A stretch of 64,000 nucleotides of DNA, taken from UHGV virus genome UHGV-1363143; one strand, given 5' to 3'. This stretch comes from a virus. Shown piece after piece: positions 1 through 8,029 of the stretch. The notes below the pieces were generated by a model that saw only the letters and a list, made by a program, of their open reading frames with translations, was not told the DNA's origin and ran no database searches. Made by a program: the position numbers and the translations under genes. Position 1 is the first letter of the stretch; every line of letters begins with the position of its first letter.

Positions 1-38
1 GTTATCTATATATGTATACTGTCTATCTGCTATATTCA

Positions 39-359
39 TTATCGTAAGCCCATCATTAAATCAGATTCATCTCTATAACATTCTGTGCCTAAAATCTTTT
101 GACATTTGACACAAACATATGTGTTAGATGATTTATGTTTAAAATCTATATGCATAGTTCTTCTAAAATCCTTAGAACCGCATTTACATATTACAGAATC
201 ATTGATTAATTTAAAGTCATCCTTACATTTTGAATATATGAAATTTCTACTACCACATTCACATGTAGTAACTGAATCATCTTCTATTTCCTTAGCACAA
301 TTTAAGCAAACTGTATAATTACATTCTTGAATCATGTTATATTCCTCCTTAGTTAACAT
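39..359 (-). CDS. Cys-rich zinc-ribbon-like small protein
   Basis: 106-aa ORF with several CxxC/CxC pairs (CLNC, CEC, CKC, CVKC); no family recognised. Confidence 0.4.
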   Translation of the reverse strand: MLTKEEYNMIQECNYTVCLNCAKEIEDDSVTTCECGSRNFIYSKCKDDFKLINDSVICKCGSKDFRRTMHIDFKHKSSNTYVCVKCQKILGTECYRDESDLMMGLR

Positions 360-434
360 TGCGGGCCATGAGAATATATGTTCGTATCCTAATCTAATAT
401 ATACTATATCATATAATAGACTATATAATAGAAA

Positions 435-656
435 CTATAATACATTACCTAGTATATTATCTATCTCATCCATAGTAAGAGTATACTCACTAGAACAAGC
501 TGGCGCATGAAACTCAAATGTATATGTACCATCATCATTCTTTATTGCATTATATATACATATACCTTCTGTACTGTAATAGTGCGTGACTATCTTATCA
601 AACTCTTCATGAGTTAATACTCTAGACATATACTCTCCTCCTCTTATTGAATACAA
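435..656 (-). CDS. hypothetical protein
   Basis: 73-aa ORF co-oriented with neighbours, 4-nt overlap with next gene. Confidence 0.35.
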   Translation of the reverse strand: MYSIRGGEYMSRVLTHEEFDKIVTHYYSTEGICIYNAIKNDDGTYTFEFHAPACSSEYTLTMDEIDNILGNVL

Positions 657-961
657 TGTTTCTTTACTATATTAAGAGCTACTTCTAATCCAGTAACATA
701 TTGCATTCTTGCAGCAGTAATCTCTCCTCTTAATATACAAGCCTTCTCATTATTGATTTCAGCCTCTATTTCATTAATTGCATTTTTAATTTTATTATCC
801 ATTAATTCGTCCTTCCTTTCTGCTTTAAAATATTCTACTTGTAGTTCTCCTACTATAAGCATTTCGTGTTCTATTTCATATCCTTTTCTACGCATACGCT
901 CTGAGTCGTACTTATATTTCTTCTTAGTCTTATAACTTTTAATGACTGTACTTTTACTCAT
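644..961 (-). CDS. hypothetical protein (Lys-rich N-terminus, predicted coiled coil)
   Basis: 105-aa ORF, same strand as flanking genes. Confidence 0.4.
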   Translation of the reverse strand: MSKSTVIKSYKTKKKYKYDSERMRRKGYEIEHEMLIVGELQVEYFKAERKDELMDNKIKNAINEIEAEINNEKACILRGEITAARMQYVTGLEVALNIVKKHCIQ

Positions 962-985
962 ATGATATCTCCTACTCTCTATATA

Positions 986-1417
986 TTAGTTCCAACTCTT
1001 ATATGTAATCTTAAGCATTCCATTCTTAGTTATTGAACTACAATCTGATGCATAGCCATAACAACTCCAATATGCTTCAAACTCTTCTGCTTGTTTTGTA
1101 TGTTCATATACTCTATCAAAGTACTTTCCTTTAGTTGGACCATTATGTAAGTAGATCTCCATAAGTTCTTCTTCATATATTTCGCCCTGAGATTTAATTG
1201 TTTCTATGCATATATCTTTATGCTCACGAATATAATCTTCTATAGTAGGACATTCATCATATATGCCATAGAAGCCATCTAGTGGATCAATTATCATATA
1301 TACTTCACCTTTATATAGTAAAGCATATACTCTTTCTTCTACCATGGCTAATAACTTACCCGGTAAATGTCTTCGTCTTAAGTCAGTAATTAAACTGTAT
1401 AATATATCAGTTACCAT
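986..1417 (-). CDS. hypothetical protein
   Basis: 143-aa ORF with phage-typical codon usage. Confidence 0.45.
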   Translation of the reverse strand: MVTDILYSLITDLRRRHLPGKLLAMVEERVYALLYKGEVYMIIDPLDGFYGIYDECPTIEDYIREHKDICIETIKSQGEIYEEELMEIYLHNGPTKGKYFDRVYEHTKQAEEFEAYWSCYGYASDCSSITKNGMLKITYKSWN

Positions 1418-3276
1418 ATTACATACTCCCTTCTATATTATATTATTTATTGTACTATATAACATAACTTATATTATCATATATACTAAACCTCATATTG
1501 CATTACATACTATGCCATATAATAAAACCTATATTATATTACCTTATGCAATAGCTAATCTATTAACAATTGTAATTCCAAACATACTTAATAATGTAAG
1601 TATTAATGCAATATATAACACCTTATCACCTCGCTTATTAATCACACTACATACTCTATCATATAGTGCAATAGCAATCTATTATCTTATGTATTATCTA
1701 ACAGAAGTTATAATATAATATACTATCTATTATAAAATCTATTAGATTTAGTATTAACATTAGTAATGCCAACACTTAAGAGGGTAAGTTTTCTTATATA
1801 TGCATGTGTAAATAACGAGAAAACCCTAAGTAATTAAACGTGGAAACACATTCAAAATACTTAGGGCTTAACGTATATTAATATAAGGAGGTTATATATG
1901 ATTGTATCTAGCCTTAAGCCAGTTTACATAATACTTTACGTTAACTGAAACTAGATTTCTGTGAAACGACAGTTACTTTAAAAACTACTGAAAAACCGTC
2001 CGCGGGTGAGCGTGGGGTAGGTAGTCTGGGAAACGTTTAGTGCTTTTTGTGCTAGTACGCCAAAACGTTATTGGTTAATTGCACGTTTTTTCCGATGAAT
2101 TAACCTAGTAAAGTAATGCCATTTTAAGCTTACTCCTAACGATCGCTTCACTTAAAGCATTACTTTAAAAAATATAGTTTTTACACATAGACTATTATAA
2201 TTTATGTTAGCCTATGTACTATATTTTAGAATGCATTATAGATTAGCCTATATAATAGACTGCATAATGCATAAGCAACGCTATTAGTAATAGCTTATAT
2301 ATTATAATACAGTATACAAGAGTGATCCTGTAATAATATATATGCTAATCCCTGATAGGGAAGGGGAGTGGTCCTAAGATAGAACCAACTCCTATATAAG
2401 CCTGCTTTTATATCATGATTGTAAGGTCGCTCGCATACGCTCGCTCCCACATGATAGAGCAGGTACATTATATAGTACAGGTTATATTACGATATAGGTC
2501 ATAACATAAGCTCTACTATATAATAGATTAGACATTATAATAGAAAGCCTATTATACTTGTCCTTATATAAGCTAGCTTTCTTTTCACATACGTTCATCG
2601 AATAGCATACGCTTTATTGCTCGCTGTCGCTCGCACGTTAATATGACACTCGCACGCTAGTAGTCCTATATTATTTATTATTGGCACTCGTACCTGTTAT
2701 AGAATATATAGGTATCTATTGGCACTCGTACGCAATCTTCAGTACTTTATGTATCACACCCTATTTCACCTGTACTTACTTATATAAAAAGAAGTTTGAA
2801 GTCATATAAGTACAGGTTGATAAAATGTGATACATTTAACCTAGATAAGCTATTAACAAAACTGTCATATAGCAACTATATGGAACTGGAACATATTACG
2901 AATGTGAAGAAGAGGGTAGAGTATCTGAATCGTGTTAATGCCTAAACTCGTAATCAGGTGTTCCTTCCTGTACGTGGCAAAGCTCATCTCTTGACTCTTC
3001 GTAATAGAATAGTAGTCGCTTATTACAATTTCATTAATAGCAAATCTAGGATGTACCAAAGTAAAAAATGTTTACCTCTATATGATGCCTAGAATACATA
3101 TAGTATGTAAGCACTACTTATTTGTAATCATATTTCTCTAACTGTTCCACAGTGCATGTCTAGAATAGCCAGTACTAAGAAAGATAGTATAATTAAAAAT
3201 AAGATTCCTGTTTCGACCTCCTATAAGGTCATCATCAGCTGGGCTGTTACTCCCAGGACAGGGGAGGAGAGTAGAG
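1418..3276. other. non-coding island 1 (about 1.86 kb, no ORF of 60 aa or more with phage-like composition)
   Basis: AT-rich part rich in TATA-like runs (1418-1750). GC-rich part carries repeated motifs: GTCGCTCGCA at 2427 and 2629; GCACTCG(C/T)A(C/T)G at 2647, 2684 and 2722; nested GC hairpin at 3208-3262. Confidence 0.6.
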
Positions 3277-4110
3277 TTACTCCATAATAACTCCGCCATT
3301 TCCTCCGAATGAAGTATTTCCGAATGCTCTTCTCATACTGTGCACGCCATCAATAACTTCACCTTTAGCTTCAGCAATGTAGCCATCATTTTTGATTTCA
3401 TCTACACACTGTTTAGTAGCCTTAGTCACTTCACCTACTGCAATACCAGCAAGTTTAGCACCAAAGCCAAATAATGATTTAGCAACTTTAGTAGTAGTAC
3501 CTATAGCTGTCTTAGCAACAGGAACTGCCACATTATTTAAAGTCATATCAGTAACATTGATAGCAGTCTTAGCTGTTTTATCAACTGCACCTGATATAGC
3601 CTCAGTAGCTCTCTTAAAGCCGAAAGCTCTTTCAATAGATGCATAAGTCTTAACAGGACAGTTAGTTATAGTTACAAGAATACTAGCTCCTTGCATTTCA
3701 ACTCCTAATTGTTCTTGTTTAAGATTAAAGTTTCTTATTAACTGTTGCACCATTTCTTGAGCGTCTAGTAAAGTCTTAGCAGGGAAGCCTACTTTACCAT
3801 AATAGCCATGAGCACCAGATTTATAATTTGCTCTATCTTCTCTATCCTGTTCTATAGTCTTAGCTTTTTTAACAGCCATGAGTTCTTGAGCAATCATGTC
3901 TGCCATTTCTTCTTCTTTAGATTTACGACTATCAACTATTTTAGCTCTACCTGTTTGTATCCATGCCCAAATAAAAGCAAAGAAGTCTTCTTGAGAACCA
4001 TGTAAGTCCTCTTTATAGATTTCTGCTAAAACCTTTCTTTCAGTTGAACCCTTAAATTTAAAGTCTATTACTGTTTGCATAGTTAAGTCTTCCATTATGT
4101 ATACCTCCAA
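3277..4110 (-). CDS. hypothetical protein
   Basis: 277-aa ORF; no recognisable motif. Confidence 0.5.
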   Translation of the reverse strand: MEVYIMEDLTMQTVIDFKFKGSTERKVLAEIYKEDLHGSQEDFFAFIWAWIQTGRAKIVDSRKSKEEEMADMIAQELMAVKKAKTIEQDREDRANYKSGAHGYYGKVGFPAKTLLDAQEMVQQLIRNFNLKQEQLGVEMQGASILVTITNCPVKTYASIERAFGFKRATEAISGAVDKTAKTAINVTDMTLNNVAVPVAKTAIGTTTKVAKSLFGFGAKLAGIAVGEVTKATKQCVDEIKNDGYIAEAKGEVIDGVHSMRRAFGNTSFGGNGGVIME

Positions 4111-4138
4111 AAATTATAATTATAGAGGAAATGAAAGA

Positions 4139-4609
4139 CTAAACACTACAAAGTGATAGTCCTTCACCTCCAAAGACTTGAATTGATTTTCTAGCCAATT
4201 TATCGACTAGACCATTGATAAAGTGAACAATACTGTTCTGAGTTTTATGGGCCTGAACCTTTTCAACCGATACTCTAGGACTACATACATTTAATAAGTA
4301 ATCTATATTCCTGTATAAGTCTAAGTTAGTTTTAGGTCGAGCCTTTCCATTACAATATAAGTATAATGCCTCAAAATCAACGTGTATAATAAACTCCTCA
4401 TTTCTTTCATTACGAACATATTGTAATGCTTTAATGAATGCTGTCAATTCTGCACGATTGTTATTTTGTAGGCCTTTTACTCTACCTGTTGATGCCTCTA
4501 TTACGTTATTATCTTCATTTGTAACTACATAGCTCCAACTAGCAATTGCGTCAGGTAAACCATTATTTATGCAACTGCCGTCGGAGAAAATATGGTACAT
4601 TATGTGCAA
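4139..4609 (-). CDS. rnhA: ribonuclease H (RNase HI family)
   Basis: IFSDGSC, NNNRAEL and C-terminal VQAH ... DKLAR motifs align with the E. coli RNase HI catalytic D, E, D, H, D residues. Confidence 0.85.
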   Translation of the reverse strand: MHIMYHIFSDGSCINNGLPDAIASWSYVVTNEDNNVIEASTGRVKGLQNNNRAELTAFIKALQYVRNERNEEFIIHVDFEALYLYCNGKARPKTNLDLYRNIDYLLNVCSPRVSVEKVQAHKTQNSIVHFINGLVDKLARKSIQVFGGEGLSLCSV

Positions 4610-4621
4610 CGACTCCTTTCT

Positions 4622-4807
4622 TTAGGCAGAGGTAACAGCTAAACCTTTTTCACAAGATTTCATAGCCTGTTCGACTGTCATAGTATACTGTTCAATAAGA
4701 TTCAATCTCTTCTCACCTTGTTGAACTATTTTTACAGGACCAAACCCTTGATTGGCCATAATTGAATGTGTTGACTTCTTACCTCTTACTACTCTCATTA
4801 TTAACAT
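4622..4807 (-). CDS. small hypothetical protein
   Basis: 61-aa ORF filling the gap between co-oriented genes. Confidence 0.25.
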   Translation of the reverse strand: MLIMRVVRGKKSTHSIMANQGFGPVKIVQQGEKRLNLIEQYTMTVEQAMKSCEKGLAVTSA

Positions 4808-5274
4808 GCCTCACTTTCATTTACTGTTTCATTAGATGATATAGACTCTGAATATCTGTTAAAGAATTCAGCATATCTATAACCGTATTTTTCAAATGTA
4901 GGAGCTAAAGCCTGTCCTAAACTAAAGCATGCCTTTAATATAGGTGAACTTTCTCCTAATAAAGAGTTAGTTATAGCTAAGAACTCTAGAACCATTTCCT
5001 CTCTAAGGTCAATAGTCATTTGTCCTGTAATCATAGATACAACATAAGCCTTAGTAGTAATTGTTTGGTCTACTAGCTCTTTAACTCTGTCTACAGGAAT
5101 ACCATTGATGTCGTCCATAGTATTAGCTAAATTTCTAAGAGATTTGATTTCTTCTCTGTTTAATATAATTTTCATAATACATTTCTCCTTGTCTTTACGT
5201 ATATTTTTTATAATAGAATTACAAAAGGACACCAGCCATAACTGATGCCCTGTTAGATTAAAATGCTGGGCCAC
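4801..5274 (-). CDS. hypothetical protein
   Basis: 157-aa ORF. Confidence 0.45.
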   Translation of the reverse strand: MAQHFNLTGHQLWLVSFCNSIIKNIRKDKEKCIMKIILNREEIKSLRNLANTMDDINGIPVDRVKELVDQTITTKAYVVSMITGQMTIDLREEMVLEFLAITNSLLGESSPILKACFSLGQALAPTFEKYGYRYAEFFNRYSESISSNETVNESEAC

Positions 5275-5899
5275 CTGAAGCTACTTGTTGTTGTACTCCA
5301 GCTTTCATAGCTTTCATTTCTCTAAATGCTGTTAATAACTTAGTGTACATACTAGCATTAATAGATACTCTATCAGCTTGAATAGGTGTATTACTGTTAT
5401 TCTTCTTACATGCATTAATATTCTTAAATACTAATCTGCAATATAAGTTTTGGATAAGTGGTAATGCCTCTCTCCATAATGACAGTTCATAGTCTGAGTA
5501 ATAAGTTGTCTCAGTACTGTCATCAGCAAGATAGAACTTGATTCTACCACTTTCTAATTCCTGTAATAACTCTCCAGGAACATAAGCAATAAGCATGTCA
5601 TTTCTGCCCTCTAGCATAGATATAAGAGTAAGCTCCCTTATAAGCATTGCTAGTGCATTAACTCTAACATTCTCAACTTCTACGGCTCTACCTAAGTTAG
5701 ATACCTTTTGAGTTTGTCCTGCTGTTATAAGAGAAGCAACCTTATTAGCGTCAATAGTCTTCTCATATACTGGTGGACATACTTCACAATTTTCTAAAGT
5801 TGTGATTCTTTTATCAGCTAAAGTACCTTGTACACTCATATCAAATGTAGCTCCCATAGCTTGACCAAAAGTTGTTGAATTAATAAAAACGTTTAACAT
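5258..5899 (-). CDS. hypothetical protein
   Basis: 213-aa ORF, first gene downstream (on - strand) of non-coding island 2. Confidence 0.5.
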   Translation of the reverse strand: MLNVFINSTTFGQAMGATFDMSVQGTLADKRITTLENCEVCPPVYEKTIDANKVASLITAGQTQKVSNLGRAVEVENVRVNALAMLIRELTLISMLEGRNDMLIAYVPGELLQELESGRIKFYLADDSTETTYYSDYELSLWREALPLIQNLYCRLVFKNINACKKNNSNTPIQADRVSINASMYTKLLTAFREMKAMKAGVQQQVASGGPAF

Positions 5900-5995
5900 A
5901 TGTATTCTCCTTTTCTGTACCGACTCTTTTCCGTCCGACGTACTGTTGCACTTTCAGGTGGGCAACTCACCAAAATTTTGAGCATGTAGCCCTAT

Positions 5996-6516
5996 TCAAA
6001 AAGACACTAACCATACTAGATATCCTGTCTTCTTGAATAGATATACATATAGTGGCACTCGCACGCACTAGATAAGTACTGGCTTGCCACAGATAATGGG
6101 GGTGGGGGAGCCAACAATCAAGAGAGGTAGAACATTTCAGTTACTATTTCTCAAGACTGTTGTTTAGCTTTTTGAACATGAAACAACTCCGATGGGAGTC
6201 TGAATCATCAAAAAAACACCAACCATACAGATATCCTGTATAGTGGTAGATACATTGTAGATACATTTGCACCTACATAAACATGCTGTATGCACCTACA
6301 TTATAGATACAAATGCAGATACAAAAAATGAGTCCTATTGCCGAAGTGCAACAACCTCGATGGAAGTCTGAATACACAAATGAGCAAAAGAACTCAAAAA
6401 GACACCAACCATACAGCCCTCCGCAGGAGAGATATACTGTTAAGTGTAAGTAAAACTATCATCCCCGAAGGGGGAGACAGAATACAAGAAGACACCAGCC
6501 ATATAAGATATCCTGT
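5996..6516 (+). repeat. four degenerate direct repeats of about 30 nt, AAAAAGACACCAACCATACAGATATCCTGT-like
   Basis: Copies at 5996-6027, 6210-6239, 6396-6416 and 6486-6516. Two copies are preceded by CAAC(C/T)(C/T)CGATGG(A/G)AGTCTGAAT(A/C) (6184-6207 and 6353-6376). Confidence 0.6.
6462..6475. promoter_or_regulatory. GC hairpin CCCC-GAA-GGGGG (3-nt loop)
   Basis: Perfect 4-5 bp G:C stem with GAA loop in an otherwise AT-rich genome; second copy at 6613-6627. Confidence 0.4.
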
Positions 6517-6612
6517 TGTATCTTGCACTCGTATGTATACTTTCATATCCTCGCACGCAAAAAAACTTTACTCTCCATCTGTTGAAAGAAGCAGGTCTCG
6601 ACAACAAACGGT

Positions 6613-6627
6613 ACCCCGAAGGGGGGT
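6613..6627. promoter_or_regulatory. GC hairpin (A)CCCC-GAA-GGGGG(T) (3-nt loop)
   Basis: Same architecture as the hairpin at 6462. Confidence 0.4.
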
Positions 6628-6694
6628 GGAGAGAGTAGGGGAGGGGACTTTTGTAGAACTAATGTAGTGGTCATGTCATATATTCTCCTTTCTA

Positions 6695-7453
6695 TTAGGC
6701 TATTAATCTTTGTAAAGATACTAATTCAATTGCTTTTGTTATAGTTACATATTCTTTACTAGAATGTATTTCATTATCATTACTTGATTCTAAAAGGCAC
6801 ATCTTACAGTTATTAAGAATGTTATATAGGTCTTCAGGAGTGCCTGTACTTTCATCAACCAAATGCATAACATCATCTAGATCATTACATTGTTTTAAAA
6901 CATTGCCCACTCTATCTATTAGTGGAGCAGTAGTCTTAGCATCTATTGCAGCAAGTAAAACTTTTAATGAAGTATAACCAGCTTCTCTTAATCTTGCTTT
7001 GATTCTATTAGTATCTATCTTTTGAGTAATAGAACCTTTAAAGCCAGCAACATTTACAGCAGCGGCTTGTTGGTATTTAGTAGGATCCCAAGTAAAAGCA
7101 ATACCATCTATAGATCCTCTAATGTATCCATTTTGGAAGCAGTTCATCCATACACCATTGCTTTCTGGTATGGAAATATAATTTACTGTTCTTTGCTTAG
7201 TCTTGATAGGCAAGTTAATATTGTCCATCTCAAGTCTTTTTAAGATATAAAGTCTTCCATATTTAGCAGCCTTAATTCCATCTGCACCATTTTTAACTTC
7301 AACCTTAGGTAGTTCATGATCAGTAAAGTCCCATATGAATCTAGTCTTATTTAATACTCCATACATTTTATTGCCTTCAATTTTAATAGCTACTTCTCTT
7401 TCAAATCCATTTAATTTAACAACCTTTTTATTTAATAACATATTCATTTTCAT
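6695..7453 (-). CDS. hypothetical protein
   Basis: 252-aa ORF directly downstream of the GGDEF gene. Confidence 0.5.
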   Translation of the reverse strand: MKMNMLLNKKVVKLNGFEREVAIKIEGNKMYGVLNKTRFIWDFTDHELPKVEVKNGADGIKAAKYGRLYILKRLEMDNINLPIKTKQRTVNYISIPESNGVWMNCFQNGYIRGSIDGIAFTWDPTKYQQAAAVNVAGFKGSITQKIDTNRIKARLREAGYTSLKVLLAAIDAKTTAPLIDRVGNVLKQCNDLDDVMHLVDESTGTPEDLYNILNNCKMCLLESSNDNEIHSSKEYVTITKAIELVSLQRLIA

Positions 7454-7496
7454 CTTCTCCTTTATATTTAAATATTTACAAAAAAATAAAGCCTAA

Positions 7497-7952
7497 TTAT
7501 CTAACTAGACTTTTGTAGAACCTTCTCTTGTTTGTGTACATATTTTTATCAGCCATAGTGATAGCACTAGACATACTAACGCCGTAGCCAACACCATATG
7601 ATATATTAGGTATATCTTTCATTTTCTCTTTGATACTAAATATAGTTTCATTTTCAAATACTATAACAAATTCATCTCCACCGTATCTTACGATGATATC
7701 TTCATCTGAAACAGCTCGTTTTAAATCATTAACTACAGATAGTATTAGTTTGTCACCCATATTGTGACCACGCATATCATTAGTTTTCTTAAGACCGTTT
7801 ATATCAACTAAGACAACCATATAGGTTAACTTATTTATCTCTGATAGAATTTCTCTTCTGTATACACCAGTGAGGCTATCTTTCTTGAGACTTATTACAA
7901 GCTCAACTAATTGATCTTTCGACATTTTCATTAAATATTCTTTAGTGAACAT
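7497..7952 (-). CDS. stand-alone GGDEF-domain protein (putative diguanylate cyclase)
   Basis: DSLTGVYRR, VLVDINGLKKTNDMRGHNMGD and RYGGDEFVIV match the GGDEF start, metal/substrate and active-site motifs. 151 aa, no sensor domain, only a short N-terminal helix. Confidence 0.8.
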   Translation of the reverse strand: MFTKEYLMKMSKDQLVELVISLKKDSLTGVYRREILSEINKLTYMVVLVDINGLKKTNDMRGHNMGDKLILSVVNDLKRAVSDEDIIVRYGGDEFVIVFENETIFSIKEKMKDIPNISYGVGYGVSMSSAITMADKNMYTNKRRFYKSLVR

Positions 7953-7984
7953 AGCAAAACCTCCTAATATTATTTATAATATGA

Positions 7985-8016
7985 TAAAAAAAGAGCACAG
8001 AATAATGCCCTGTGCT
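7985..8016 (-). terminator. rho-independent terminator candidate
   Basis: On - strand: AGCACAG / CTGTGCT 7-bp stem followed by T-run (A-run 7985-7992 on + strand), just past the stop of the 685-aa gene. Confidence 0.5.
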
Positions 8017-8029
8017 ATGGCTTTTAATA

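Larger units (their letters stand above)
5900..6694. other. non-coding island 2 (about 0.8 kb, locally elevated GC)
   Basis: No credible ORF. Contains four direct repeats, two CCCC-GAA-GGGG hairpins and a GCACTCGCACGCACTAG motif. Confidence 0.6.

Noticed and set aside
1344-1718. 124-aa + strand ORF in the AT-rich start of island 1
   Set aside because: Overlaps the end of a convincing - strand gene. Translation is Ile/Tyr/Leu low complexity typical of random AT-rich sequence; no RBS.
2865-3059. 64-aa - strand ORF inside island 1
   Set aside because: No RBS, isolated, poor codon usage; treated as non-coding.
1740-3276. tRNA genes in the non-coding islands
   Set aside because: No GTTCGA/GGTTCRANYC T-loop, no acceptor-stem complementarity or cloverleaf found on either strand in islands 1 and 2.
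5996-6516. CRISPR array
   Set aside because: Repeats are degenerate, unevenly spaced (214, 186 and 90 nt) and only four in number. No cas genes are present. More consistent with iterons or operators.
6338-6667. 109-aa ORF spanning the direct repeats of island 2
   Set aside because: Non-ATG start, Arg/Ser-rich composition unlike all other genes. It simply reads through the GC-rich repeats; no RBS.
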